Below, piece after piece: positions 26,103 to 40,800 of a stretch of 64,000 bases of DNA. A model generated the notes under the pieces. That model was not told the DNA's origin. It saw only the letters and a program-made list of their open reading frames with translations, and made no database searches. Origin of the DNA: Peribolospora baueri (lineage: Eukaryota); assembly GCA_029717555.1 (NCBI GenBank), contig JAMDHS010000088.1:1-64000 (forward strand), given 5' to 3'. Position 1 is the first letter of the stretch. Every line of letters begins with the position of its first letter. The position numbers and the translations under genes were made by a program.

Positions 26103-28320
26103 GTAATGGACGAGGGCATTTAGGAATCAGCCGAAGGGTGGGGTTCTGAGGACTTCCTCAGCCAGCTCCGACATGTCCACCTGACGCAGCCCGCCAATTT
26201 CAGGGCTGGACGGGTCAAGGTGGCCCACGCCATCTCCTTCCTCCGACGAGCTGATGAGGACGAGCGAGCCGGGCAAGCTCGACGAACTCATCGGAGCCTG
26301 CCTCCGCATCGACAACCGCATCAACGCGCGGAGGCAGGAGCGCCAGCTTGCCGGAGATGGAGGAAGAGGAGCTGAGAAGACGGTCAGGGGGAAGGGAGGC
26401 CTTGGAGGGGCCCGCGCCGCTGCCACGCTCGTCAGCCGGGTCGGCAGACAGGACGATGCCGGGCAGCGGCCAGGTGGAATGGTAGAAGCGGTTGAGTAAG
26501 GAAGCGTTATCAGGAGCAGGGGTTGTGCTTCGCATGCGGCAGGAAGGGGCACGTCTCGAAGGAGTACTCGACGAGGGGCAGCAAGGGGCACGATGAAGCC
26601 GGCAGCGGCGAAGGTGAATGCGGTGTACGAAGTCACCAAGGGCGAGGGATCGAACTCTGTCTCTCTCTCGTCGCCGCGAGCCCAGCCGGAGGGCAGCCCG
26701 CTGCTGTTCACGACCGTCAAGATTCAGGGACACCGGGCGACCATCCCCACTAAGGCGCTGGTCGACTGCGCCGCGTCCATGAATTTCATCTCCGAAGACT
26801 TTGTTCGGGCGCGCTCGTTGCGCATACTTGCTCAACGAGCCAGTTCCCGTCACCCCGTTCGGAGGAGCCGTGAAAGAAGCCCCAACGCTCACTGAAGCGT
26901 GCCGAGCCCGAGTAAGGCTCGCAGGAAGTCCGCGGTCGAGAGAGGCGACCTTCTTGGTTGCCCCGACGCGCGGCTAGGATCTTATGCTGAGTCTGCCGTT
27001 CCTCATCGACAACGGGATTCAGCTGGACTTCGCCGTACCGGGATACCGGATCGACGGCGCGATGGTCGCGTTCGACCAACCGACGAGGCCAACGAATATT
27101 GAGGCACACGGGACGATGCGCTAGCCAGAGCTCAAGCGCCCCCCGATGTGCGATTCGTCTCGGCTCTCGAGTTCCAGCAGCCGTTGCAGCTGGAAGGACA
27201 TGCCTGCGCGACGTGCCTGGTCGTAGCTCCCAGGCTACGGCCAACGTCGTAGCGAATGTCGACGAAGACCCGGAAGACGCCCTAGGGGACGAGGATGAAA
27301 TTCGCCCCCTCATCCCGTCCAAGCATCACGAGTTCGTGAGCGTCTTCTCGAAGGCGGAAGCGAGTCAGCTACCGCCAGTCACGGCCAGTCACGAAGAGCA
27401 CGACGACCATGTTCGCCGGTTCTGCAAAGCCTCAAGGCTGTTGGCTTGTACGCCAGTCCGAAGAGGCCGATTCAACCAGTCGAGTGCAGTGTCTCCGGGA
27501 GTGGAGGCAGTACTACGAAGGGAACGTCAGTGCAGTGTCTCCTGGAGTGGAGGCAGTACTGCGAAGGGGACGTCACGTCCGTCGAAGTCCTCAGCGATCA
27601 CAAAGCGCTGATGTGATTCGTCACGAAACGTCTTCTCAACCGCCGCCAAGCCCGGTGGGCTACCAAGCTCGCCGACTTCGATTTCACAATCAACTACCGG
27701 CCGGGCCTGGAGGGCGGCAAACCCGATGCATTGACGCGCAGGAGCGACGTCTATGAGGGGGGGCGACGCCGACGCGACCCATCAACGGCAAGACCCGCAC
27801 GAAGGAGCTGAACTTTATGGCGCTGTTGCGGCCGGATCAGCTCAAGGCGGAAGCGAACGCGTTGGAGGTAGCGACGTTGACGACGGTCCCGGACGACATA
27901 ATCTTGCTCGTCGAGGAGGCGCAAGCCAAGGACGAGAAGATTGCAGGATGGGTAGCCGAACCCGTAGCTCAGAAGCGACGAAGCTCAAGGGCAAAGGCTA
28001 GTCAGTAACCGAGTCGGGGGTGCTCCTCAGGAACGGCAAAGTTTTGGTGCCGGACACAGGAGACCTACGACTCAAGATTCTCCAGTCGAGGCACGACGCG
28101 AAGCTCGCTGGCCACCCGGGCCAGCGACGCACGTATTCGCTAGTGTCCGAACCAGCAGGACGACTGGACGGACCACCTCCCGCTCGCCGAGTTCGCGTAC
28201 GATAACAAGAGCACCGGGTTCACCCGCGTCTGGAGGTGCGCGCTAGCCTAGAGGCGGTTGCTGTCAGTGTCATGCTCTCTTCTCTTTCTTTCCGAAAACC
28301 CTGTTGTCCAATGTCCACTT
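25930..28320 (+). mobile_element. Internally deleted Ty3/gypsy LTR retrotransposon with LTR remnants
   Basis: gag (LIGACLRIDNRINARRQE; knuckle CFACGRKGHVSKE), protease (ALVDCAASMNFIS), RT scraps, RNase H (LNRRQARW...[11 protein letters not shown]) and integrase (HDAKLAGHPG; QDDWTDHLPLAEFAY). An identical 25-bp TGTCAGTGTCATGCTCTCTTCTCTT occurs at 25930 and 28262. Confidence 0.9.
26029..26102. repeat. (TTA)~24 microsatellite
   Basis: Perfect trinucleotide run. Confidence 0.97.
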
Positions 28321-28396
28321 TTGTCGAAGAGGATTAAAGAGGCTGAAGATATTGGCAGCTTTGTAAGGGACACAGAAACGTCGTCATAGAAGTACA

Positions 28397-29885
28397 TTAC
28401 GAAGTGGGGAGACGACTGGCCTTTTTAAGGGATTCGACGCGATGGCGCATTTCCGCCGCATTCTCCCCGATCCAACGAAGACTGTGGAGATGTGCGTTAA
28501 GAATAGTGGCCATTTGACTGATTGGCTCCTGGGTGGATCCGGGGCCTGACACGTCTGCAGGCGATTCCTCCGTTCCAGCCCCCGCGTGAGGAGCTGAGCG
28601 GGCGGTTGTAGCGCCGCCTGCGAGAGAGTTGACTTCGTCGACGATGAACGTCAGGTTGCGAGAAATGTCCGCGAGCTGGCCGTGCAAGCTTTCTGCCAAT
28701 GCGTACCTGACGAATGGGATGAAATGCTAGTTTAGTACAGCTCCTTTGAACCCGGATCCCAGCGCAGCTTGACGCTAGAAACACTCACGCTTCCTCTCTC
28801 TCAGCATCGGCAGCACCCATCGCCAGATCAACGCTGTCGCCTCCACTTCCCTGAAGGAGCTGATCTGCTTGTTTCTCATACGCCTCCAAGATCTTATCAA
28901 GGTCAGCCTGTTGACTCTCGACGTAGTCAAGGGACTGATCTATTTGCGACTGCGTCGACTCTGTCTGCGTTAGCGCGCTGTATAGGCGGGAAATCTGTCG
29001 AAGGTGAGCGAAATGAACAGTAGTGAGCATGCAGGTTGCTATTATAGAGACTGAAAGTCAGCCGGAAGGGCCGTGGTTCACCTCTCGTCCGTTTTTGACC
29101 AAGACCGCGTCCCATTCCGCAACCTCCTCAGCCTGGCTGGCAAACTCGCGCGTGCTCTCATCCAAATCCCTGGCCCACTTGTTAACGACTTCGTCCATGG
29201 TTTTGTTGCGGAGAGCGTTGAGAACCGGGGCAGTCCCGCCACCGAGCGGCTTAGCTGCTGATGTGCTGGTAGTACTTGCAAGAGCAGACGAAGTTACTGG
29301 CGTGCTTGTGGTACTTGCAAGGGCGGACGAAGTGCTCGGCGCAGTGCTCGCTGTTGCGCCGAAAGCACCAAACGGAGAGCTGACTGGGACGGACGCGACC
29401 CCACTCCCAGCAGTCTTACCCGCCAACGGCGCACTACTTCCAAACACATTCGACGTGTTCAGCGTGGTGTTACCCGCCGACAGTGTACCACTTCCAAACG
29501 AATTTGACGTGTTCAGCGTGCTGTTTGTCGCGGCACCAAAAGTGCCGAATGGAGAGGCGCTGGCCCCAGGCGTAGCCAAAGAGGAAGCAGGCGCTGCAGC
29601 CGAAGCAGATGGCAAGCCGGAGGAGGCACCTCCACCAGTACCTGAATTAAAAAAACATCACCAAGGACGAAAAGAGAAGCATATAAGCAGGGCTAGGACG
29701 AAAGGAGAAGCATATAAGCAGGGCTCGGCAAGAGAGCGACAAGAGCTTGCTGGACGATGGACGCACCGGTTTGACCGAAAGCGCTGCCCCCGTTAAAAAG
29801 TGCTGTTGTAAGAGATACCCAGACAAGGGAATATAATAAGCATCTGTCGATGAAGAAGCTACATATGAAGCAACCACTTACACAT
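28397..29885 (-). CDS. NSP1: Nucleoporin Nsp1/Nup62 with short FG region
   Basis: Nsp1_C coiled coil LRNKTMDEVVNKWARDL...VAEWDAVLVKNG...IDQSLDYVESQQ...ADAERE...ILNAHLHSLRWI. FG motifs upstream, and a first coding exon of only ATGT. Confidence 0.88.
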
Positions 29886-30073
29886 TGTGCTTGCGCTGTG
29901 TGTGTGTCGGCTGAAGATGGTGTTCTCGGAGTGGAAGCGCGAGCGTCGATCAGGTCGAGTCTGCGCGCTGTAACCCTAACTGATATCCGCAATTGATCAG
30001 GAATGCTCGCTAAGGTGGTGACCGAACGACAATCTGGCACCAGACACTTGACAACCAAGCCGAAAGACAAAGG

Positions 30074-33000
30074 ATGGCCAGCATGGATGACTGTGCGGAT
30101 CCGGTAGCTCGCCTTCAAGAGCTTCGGGCGCTCAAGAACGTTCTCATTGGAAGCCGCCCGAAGAAGCACCTTTTCGCACAAGAAGGTCACGTACAAGGGT
30201 GAGTGAGCAGTTAGCGACCGGAGAGCTCCTTCCTCGCTGCCCAGGTAGTTCAAACTGTGATGAATGCTTCGATTGCAACCAGGATCGTGCCTTTGTTGGC
30301 AATTCCTGGGTCAGACGACGTCTCACAACAGACTCGAGCTCAAGTTGCAACCATCATTGGTGCTCTCGCCAATGGTTTGTGGATATCCCTCTTAACTGCG
30401 CTGGTTTATAGGCCGTCCATTGATAGACTGTACCATGCTTTGCTACATTTTCAGCGCCAGACCCATCCATATTAGAAGTTCTTCTGGCTTGTGGGGTAGT
30501 GACGGCTCTTTTGCACGCCATCTCCGACCTGCAATCAGGTGCACCTTCTGCGTCCGTTTCCCCTTTCACTGCAGCGTCTGAGGGCCGTCCTCCAAACACC
30601 TCTCTTTCTGGTAATGGCTTCAAGCTGCTCGAGAACTCGCTTCGAGCTCTTCGGTCTTTATCCCATGCCATAGCAGATGAAGTAGGACCGCGCGAATGGG
30701 GCATAGGCACGAATAACGGACGTGGCAGGCCATCAAGAGCTTCGTTAGAGCGTCTTGCTCACCACCGTTCGCCCGAAGTGGAGAGAGACGTAATGAGGCG
30801 CGCGTTAGCTCGGGAAGCCCTTAAAGAGTTGCTAGAGGTAAGCACATTCTGTCATGTTTGCTGTTTATGGTATACCGGAAGTTCCTGCTCGCCTCACCTT
30901 TTTCTTACGGTTGCTGTTCCAGCCTGCAGCCCTGGCCCTCGTCCTGAGGTACCTCTATGTTCCCTTACACGACAATTCCACGTATGATAGTGTCCCTGGC
31001 TCGCACCATCCCGAAGGGTCGGATGTTGCTGCAGCGGAGTTTGGCGCTCGTATTTCCACTCGCCATTCCATCATCGCCGAGTTGGTAGCCTCCATCCTTT
31101 CGAAGATCGTCTTGGCCGCGAGCGCCTTCGACCAAGTTCACGACGGGCCTAGGAGCCATCATGAGGCCAGGCAGACCTTCCCTTCCAGTCTAGGTCATTC
31201 GAATCCTCTTCGATCCCCAACGGGCTTGTTGGCAAGTGACTGTAGTACAGGCGGGAAGGAAGGCCCCACGATATTCTCTCCTTCCCGCAATCTGCCGGTT
31301 CGCTTCGACGAGCATACGATACGGCTTCCCCTCACCTCCAACAAGACCTCATTTCCTCAATCGACGATGTTCGCCGAGGCGACTCGCGAACGACAAAGTC
31401 GCATTTTCGCCATGACTCCGTGCGAAGGCCTGGATAACGGGACACCTGGATCTCCGGAACGTCCGTTCATTCCTAGCACAAGGAAGAAACCGGATAGCTC
31501 GGCTGCTCTGAACGGGAGGTGCGATGTCAAGGGCAAGGGCCGTAGTACCAGCACTGACTCTGTGTCTAGACCTGCAGTGGTCGAGTACTCGATCGGGAAA
31601 GCACTGGTGTCACTGCTAAGTTGTGGGGTCTTCAAGGTGCATACGAATTGCCTTCATTGTCCACAAGTTGCTTTAGCAGGTGGATCTGATTGTCACGTTT
31701 TTGTTTACTTACCCTGTCCCATTCCTTATTCTCAGACCCAAGAAGCGGCCTTATGGGCACTCTCAGCTCTTGTTCGTGATAACGCCCAACTGTGCCAATG
31801 CCTCGTGTCCCTCAAAGGTATGGAGCAATACTTCGGTTGAACTTGGCTTCAATTGTTCACAGTGGTCAACGCGTGGAGCTCTCAGGCTGAGTTTGCGCTA
31901 TGGCTGTTCATGTTTGGCAGTATCCGCCAGCGCCACTGCCTTGGATGTTATTTCGTCCTTGCTGTGTCAGAAAGCTCCGACGACTAGAGTTGCAGCAGCA
32001 GCCTGGTGTGTTTTCATTGACGTACCTGTTGTCACTGGGCGGAGGGGGGAGCACAATCCTGGGCTAAGTGATCATTGCATGCGCATTTGTGCCTCCAGTC
32101 TCGTCAACATTGTCAAAATGCAGCGAGTACCGACACAGACAACCATGACATTGATTGCCGTGCTATCCCGGCTGCTCGACGTCAAAAACGGTGGGTCAAG
32201 GACGAAAGCAACCTTCCTCTTAGGTATGTTTGTCTCAATCCTTATGGTTCTTCGAGCGGCTGCCGCCCATTACAGATGTTGACCCTTCGTGCTTTTCATA
32301 AACAGCTCGTTTGGTTTCAGACGCTCCGGATCTTCAAGTCGCCGTGGTCGAGGATTATGATTGTCTGCGAAAACTGGGCGACATCCTTGTCGAATCGTCT
32401 GCGTCTGCCCATGCTGCCGACGTCGACATTCGTAGGGTAGTCAAGTCGTCTTCTCTGTCGATCCCCGGGTACATCGACGAATCAGCTAGGCTTCGAGAAG
32501 GCGCATTGTTGACCTTATGTGCGCTGGCCTTTTCGCTCGATGACCTTCGCCGCGCAATCGTGGATTTCTCGCCACCCTTGCTCCCTCAAATTTCGGCTTC
32601 TCTTACGTGGCCCACCGTTGGTGTTCGCCTGGCCGCATGTCAGCTCGTACGCGCACTTTCTCGCAGCGTGTCGATTCTGCGGACAAGTATAGTCGACGCC
32701 GAAATTGCCAAGACCTTACTGGAACTCGTTAAGCGCGGAGGATCTGACGGCTCCGGTTTGTCAGAAGAAGAGTCCTCAACAAAGATGGATGAGGGAGTGG
32801 CTGAGGGGGAGGACGACGCGGTTCTACGCGAGGCAGTCGCCGCGCTTTGTAATCTTGTTCTCGACTTTAGTCCGACCAAGTCATATCTCATCGACCACGG
32901 CGGCGTCTCGCTCCTCGCTCGCCTCAGCAGTCGCGAAGACAATCCGCCGTTGAGGTTGAACGCAGTCTGGGCTCTTAAGAACTTGTTGTGCAGGGCGGGC

Positions 33001-33895
33001 ACTGACATGAAGGAGAAGGTGATGAAGGAGTTCGGTTGGGATCGCGCTGCCGCGTGAGTAGTATTGGAGGGGAGGATACCGTTCTTGCTTGCTGGAGCTA
33101 CATTCAACGACCTTACTTTCGTCCCTTTTGATTTCTCCCATCAGATTGGCTATTTCGTCCGACCCGGCGCTGCAAGAACAAGCTCTGAACCTTATTCGTA
33201 ACCTCGCATCCGATGACGAGAGCGACATCGAAATGACTGTTCAGGAACTGGGGGATGAGCGTTTCTTCAACATGCTGAGTCGTATACTTGCCGATGACCA
33301 GGCTCAGGAAGCGGTCCGTGTGCAGGTGCGTGATTCGCTTGAGCTTGCCATCGCACGACAGACCGTAAAGCTAATGTCAATCTCTGCTTACTGACGTGGA
33401 CAGATTGCCTGGCTCCTCGCGAACGTATCATCCGGCTCGGATGCACGTCGTCGATCCATTCTCGATCGGCCATCCTTCCTCGAGGCCATTATTCAGTTCA
33501 TGGTACGGTGACAGGTTGTCTTGCCAGGTTTTAGAAGTGTCCTTGCCAACTGAGTTTTTCACAACCGGTTTACCCACAACAGAAGCACAACCATGCCGAC
33601 GTTCGTCTGGCAGCGGTCTGGTGTGTGATAAACCTAACGCAACGCGAAGAGCGTGAGAGGTGGAGATCGCCATGTGAGTGCCGCACGTTAGGTGATAAGG
33701 TCACTGTCAAGCACGACTTGTCATCTTTTCTCATCTTCGGTATTCCCGTTACGCCCCGTATGGACAGCGCCTGCGTACGATGCCACAAGACGCCTGCGCG
33801 ACATGGGCTTCGAGAAGCATCTCCGGGAGTTAAAAGAGGACGTGGCGCTCGACGTGCGAGAGCGGGCTACCATAGCCCTCGAGCAGTTTCAATAG
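30074..33895 (+). CDS. ARMC8: Armadillo-repeat protein ARMC8/Vid28 (GID/CTLH complex)
   Basis: LRALKNVLIGSRPKK at the N-terminus, then GVRLAACQLVRALSRSVSILRTSIVD, AALCNLVLDFSPTK, LRLNAVWALKNL and LQEQALNLIRNL. Confidence 0.85.
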
Positions 33896-34214
33896 GCCGG
33901 CCCGCGTCGACGACGGCCTCCCACTCGTAGTCCTCTCATACCCATCCAAGCTTTGAGGGCTCGAGGGCGTAGTGCGGTCACTGTAAGTATCGAACCGATC
34001 CACGGCATGTAACGCAAGCATCTTTCTTGTGTCGTGCAGCGGGGCCAGAGGTAACGAGAGTAATACATGTGGGGGAAACGAAGGGAGGATCATGTGGAGA
34101 GCAAGGTCAAGCAAGCCCTTGTCCGCTAGATTAAGAGGTACTGCTGCAATCGACGACGAGGCGCTAGGAGTCGGACGAAGGGCGAGGGAGGAGAGATGAA
34201 ATACGTGACATGGT

Positions 34215-35884
<1,670 letters not shown>

Positions 35885-37891
35885 TGTGAAGGGAAGCGGA
35901 GTCGGGGTCGTCGGAGTGGGACAACGGTTGGGGCGAAGGGCAGCGCAGAGCGAGGGCAGGTGGGGAGATGGGGGGTATGAGAAGGGTGGGGAATTGCCGG
36001 GGCCTGCCTGGCGAGTGACGAAGATATGGGGCGAGGTCGAGGGTGTCAGAGGGCGGGGCCTGGCAGAGGTCCGAGGTGTTAGCGAAGACGGGGTGAGTGA
36101 ATGGCGACGAGGGGAGCGGGGATGGAGGAAAGAGAAGGAAGAGGAAGAAAGAGAGGATCGTTGTTATATGCACTGCCAGTCAGTGTTCCCTTCCCACCAG
36201 CCAGGGCGGCGGCAGGAAGCGGACCGCCTTTGACCGCCTTGGGCGTAATAGACCGCAATGCGGCGCACGCGCTCCGACGCCCGAGCCGACGCGCCCGTGG
36301 CGTGGAGCCTTTCGGCGAGAAGGAGGGGCCGACGATTGGATTGGCCTCCATCGCCAGCGCCACGCACAACTCGACGAGGCTATTTACTATTTACAGTAAG
36401 CACACTACGGCTATCCGTGCACTAACGAGGGAACGCAAGCTACGGCGTGACAGAACCCCCCCACCTCCGATGGACTCATTGCACTCGGCAAGGCAAGGCA
36501 AGGCAAGCCAGACCCACCCACCCTCTCCGCCCGCTCGACAACTTTCCCCGCGGCTTCGCTCTCATCACAATCCTCGGAACCCTCGGCCCTGCTCTTCGGC
36601 TAGCCCCAAATACATCTAGTCGTAGATAGAGACAGACAGACAGATAGACACGACTCGTTCGTTCTTCACATACATCACGATCCCCACCGCAGATCCCACC
36701 AGGAAAGAAACTTGGGGCACGGCAAACGAGCGGTGCGCCGGACGGACGTAAGCGGATGTGGACAGGCGGCGCCGAGGGTGGTCGGGCGGCGTCAAGCCGT
36801 CAGCCGTCAGCCGTCAGCACGGTCGAACGGGGCGGCACAACAACGTCCAGCAAAGGAAGGGAGGCGGAGGGCAGGTACGTGGTGCGTTTGCACGCGTCCG
36901 AGAGACCGGGCAGCCCGGACGGTGACAGCGAGCTACACCACCAAGTCGAAGAAGTGAAGCCAAAGACTTGCCAGCGTCGTCTCGTCTCGCCCCTTTTCCT
37001 TCGGGGATGGAGGCGATTTGCTTCCGAGCCCCCGGATGCCAGCAAGGCAGCGTCGGCGTCAAGTTGCACGGAAGGAGGACGGCGTCCCGAAGAACGTTGC
37101 GTGTATTCAAGGAGAGATTTGAAGCTCCCATCCCACTGCCGGTGCCGGGCCTGGAGGTTTAAGAGAACGGTACCGACAGAGCACAGAAGGCGCGACTGCG
37201 ACGACAGACCCAAGGTCGTTCGTTTCGTTGGAACGAAGAAGAAGACAGAACGTGTACACGACATCTCATATCCAAGGCTTGTTCAATCCTTTGGTCTACG
37301 TCGATCCGTCACTCCGTCCAAGACGCCCAAAGGTTTCATCGCGTCCAGCCGTCGCCGCAGCCCGTCTCGTCGTTGTCGTCCGAACCTCCGCCCCGCGACG
37401 TTTCTGCCAGAACCGTTGACGTTTGGCATATTATGCACAAGATGACATTGAGAAGGGACAGAGTTGGTGTCCTCCATCCTTTCACAAAACTTGCTGTCCG
37501 CGAACTTCCTTTTTACCCGCCATCATGACGCCCTTTGGGCCTCCGCTCTCCGGACTCCTCACTGAAAGTGCTGTCCCACCAACGCAAGCGCAGCCGGCCT
37601 CGCAACGGCGGAGGGGCTGCCAGGGCAAACAGTTTCTCACGTTTCTTCGTTACCATCACCATCCAAGGTAAGGGGGTGCGTGGGGGTTTGAGTAATGAAC
37701 CCAGGAGCAAAACCATCGCTCCGTCGTCAAGGGGAGCAGCCCGGCAGCCTTGGGCCCGACGATGTCCGCACATATCCGCCAAGCGACCTCCGATCAGCCG
37801 CCGTCGACGACGAAGCGGTATGAACGCCTAAAACCCACGCGCACCTCTGGACGTCCACTCCGCCACGCCCTCGACCAAGGCTACTCTGCAA

Positions 37892-40800
37892 ATGGCAGCG
37901 GCAAACGCCCGGACGACGGGCGAAAATAAAAGTCGGCGCGAGGGCGGACAGTGGGACGATAATGTCGAGCCAGCCGACGCCGAACTTGTGGGTGCGAGCG
38001 GAAGTGACTCCTTCTCCGACGAGAGTTTGTCCGACTTGAGCGGCGCCGAGGATATCGACTGGCCGCTATACGGCGACGATGATAGCGCAGTTGACAGCGA
38101 CGATCCAACCTACGAGCCCGAAGAAGAAGAAGGGACCTCGAACCGGAGAAAGAGAAAGGCCACAGGAGGACCGCCGGTTGCAGACGAAGATGACAACGAG
38201 ACGGCCGAGTTTGAGGAGGACGAATTCGGGTGAGGGGAGCTAGCAGGCGGAGCGGGCCCGTTCCGTTGCTTTCGTCGTTCAGGCGTTCAAGTATTTTGTT
38301 TCTTCTCTCTTTCAGTCGTCTTATCGATGCACTCCAGGAGGCGTCTCCGAACGACCCCGACTCAACTGCCGCATTGAGCCGCGAGTGGGATCGCTCCCTT
38401 GGCGAGGAAATGGACGACCTGTACGATGATCTGAGAGGAGCCAGCGGCATCGGAAAGAGGAAGAAGGGTAAAGGCAAGGTAAGGGATCCGTCGAAGCGTT
38501 CGTTCCCGACGGACCACGCATTCATTGATCTTTCCCTCTACATCCCTCTTCCCCCCTCTGATGAATGCTCGAAAAGATGCGTCGAACGGTCCGAGAGGCG
38601 CAGCTTTCCAGCGAAGTTCGCGCACTGCTCGGCTCTGCGAACATGAAGTACATCAGCCAGGACTACCAAGCTGCAATTCAGGATGTCCGTGAGATTATCC
38701 GCATCGACCCTGCTGTCAAGCACGCCTGGTACACTCTCGCCTCCTGCTACGACGAATTAGGCGAAAAGGAACGCGCTCTGCAGACTAGGATCGTTGCAGC
38801 ACACCTCACTCGACATGCCGCCGACGAATGGAAGTCACTCGCAATGCAGAGCCGGTACGTTCCTATTTAGGTTGAGGAAGTCTATTCACTTTCGTCCTTT
38901 GATTTTGAGGCGGTCTGACGTTGATCGTCGCATTTCGCTTTTAATTGTCAAAGCGATTTCGGTCTTCTTCAGCAGGCCGTGTACTGTTATCGGCAAGCCA
39001 TCAAGACGAACAAAGACGACGTGGACGCCATCTGGGATCACTCTTTTCTTTTGAAAGAGATGGGTCGTACCCGAGCCGTAAGTCTTGGTTCCGTTCGCCC
39101 TCCTTGTCGTACAATCGTTCTGCAAGGTTGAATGAAAGCTTAGCTCAACTTTAAAACTCTATCTCTTCATTGCCTTTCTGGTACTGCGACAGGCTGCAGC
39201 AGGCTTTAAACAGCTGCTCACGCTGGAGCCATCCAACATGAGCGTCCTCCGCGAACTCTGGCCTCTGCTCGTCCAACTCGGTGACAGTGCCCTCGCCGTG
39301 AAACTATTGACAAATGCGTTCGAGCACTTTCAACGACGATATCCAGACCCAAACGTCTTATTCTCGACCATGCAAAACGAGGACGGTACCATCACCGAGA
39401 CTGTCGATCGATTTGGCGCAAGGGATCTTGGTCCCCTCGCCGATATGCTCATGCTGGGGCATCAGCCCATGAAGGCTATCAAAGTCCTCAAGGACGGTGC
39501 GAGGTGGTTGCAGGGCAGAAAACATGAAACGTGGTGGCAGGTCCTGGACGATGACCGAGAGTTTGACGAGCCTAGTCGCCAAGGAAGAGAGGGCGACGGT
39601 GGAGCCTCCGCTGCAGGAGTGGCCAAGAGGGTTGAGAGTGCCAAAATTTTTGGCTTGGACCTCGATCTGCGGGTTAGGCTGGGTAAGGCCAGGCTCCAGG
39701 CAGGCGACGTTGAGGAAGGCAAAGTGAGCATTTTCGACCTCATCGATCAGTTTTGAAGCGCGGACGTCGTGACTAATCCCGTTGTCTCTGTATTCCTGCT
39801 TCCCTTGCAGCATCATTTGAATATATGCGTGCAGAACGACGACGTCGTCGACAATCCTGAGCTCGTCGGAGATGTGGCGGACGCTTTCTTCGAGAACGGA
39901 TTGCTGGAGGAGGCTAGGCAGGTTTTTACCGAGATGGTCGAGTACGAGCTGGTGCGTTCACCTCTGGCGGATTTGGGAGGTGATAGGTCCTAAGCTGATA
40001 TTTGTTCCACTTCTCAGCTTAACACACCCGGGGTCTGGCAGAAAATCGGCGACTGCTGTCGGGGACTTGATCTGCTGGACGATGCAGTGAATGCGTACAC
40101 GACGGGTACGTTGCCTTGTTTTAGCACTTTGTTCTGCACTCCTGCTCTCACCTTTTCGAGACGATCATTCTGACTTTTCTGGTTTTGCAGCGTTAGAAGG
40201 GGATCCAGACAATCTCGACTGTAAGATGGCCCTGGCGCACGTGTGCGAACTGCGCGGACAGAAAGAGAAGGCACTTGACCTGGTCCAACAAGGTAAGTCA
40301 ACAAATCACTTTGACAGGATTGGAGTTGGCCTTATAAGTAAGTTTTCTTTTCTCCTTTCCTGGTAGTCCTTCGAGCGAGGGCCCAGCAACCGCAACAGGA
40401 GCCATCAGCACCTCCTTTACCGGCCGAGGAACGCACGCAGCCGATTTCTCTGTTCGACGAGAGTCAACAAAATCGTGAAGGAGTGTTTGGACGGCCTTCG
40501 ATGGCAGGGTTCATGTCACGAGAGCACCGACAGGCTCTCGAGCTTGAGCGAACTCGCCAAGTCCAGGAAAGCTGGAAAGCGCTCGATCTGCTGGAGGAGG
40601 GCGCCTTTTTCGATGGCTGGTGGAAGAAAGACGTCGCCCTCGGCCCCGATGGACGACAATGGCTGGAGACCGCCGGTCGTCTCATCGAAGGCTTCCGAGA
40701 GACCAAGCCGCTCTTTCCCAGCGATAAGGTAATTACGTTTGTCGTTATCGATTAGAGTGTCGCGCCGTGGTCACTGTACGCTCAACCCCCCTGGCCTCTC

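Noticed and set aside
25670..26119. Poly-Asn ORF
   Set aside because: Simply the translation of the (TTA)n microsatellite and A-runs.
29970..29981. TAACCCTAAC telomere-like motif (also near 58649)
   Set aside because: Under two units each and expected by chance.
35885..37891. ORFs in the MAPK-TFC4 intergenic region
   Set aside because: No motifs or consistent splice model. Likely promoter or UTR.
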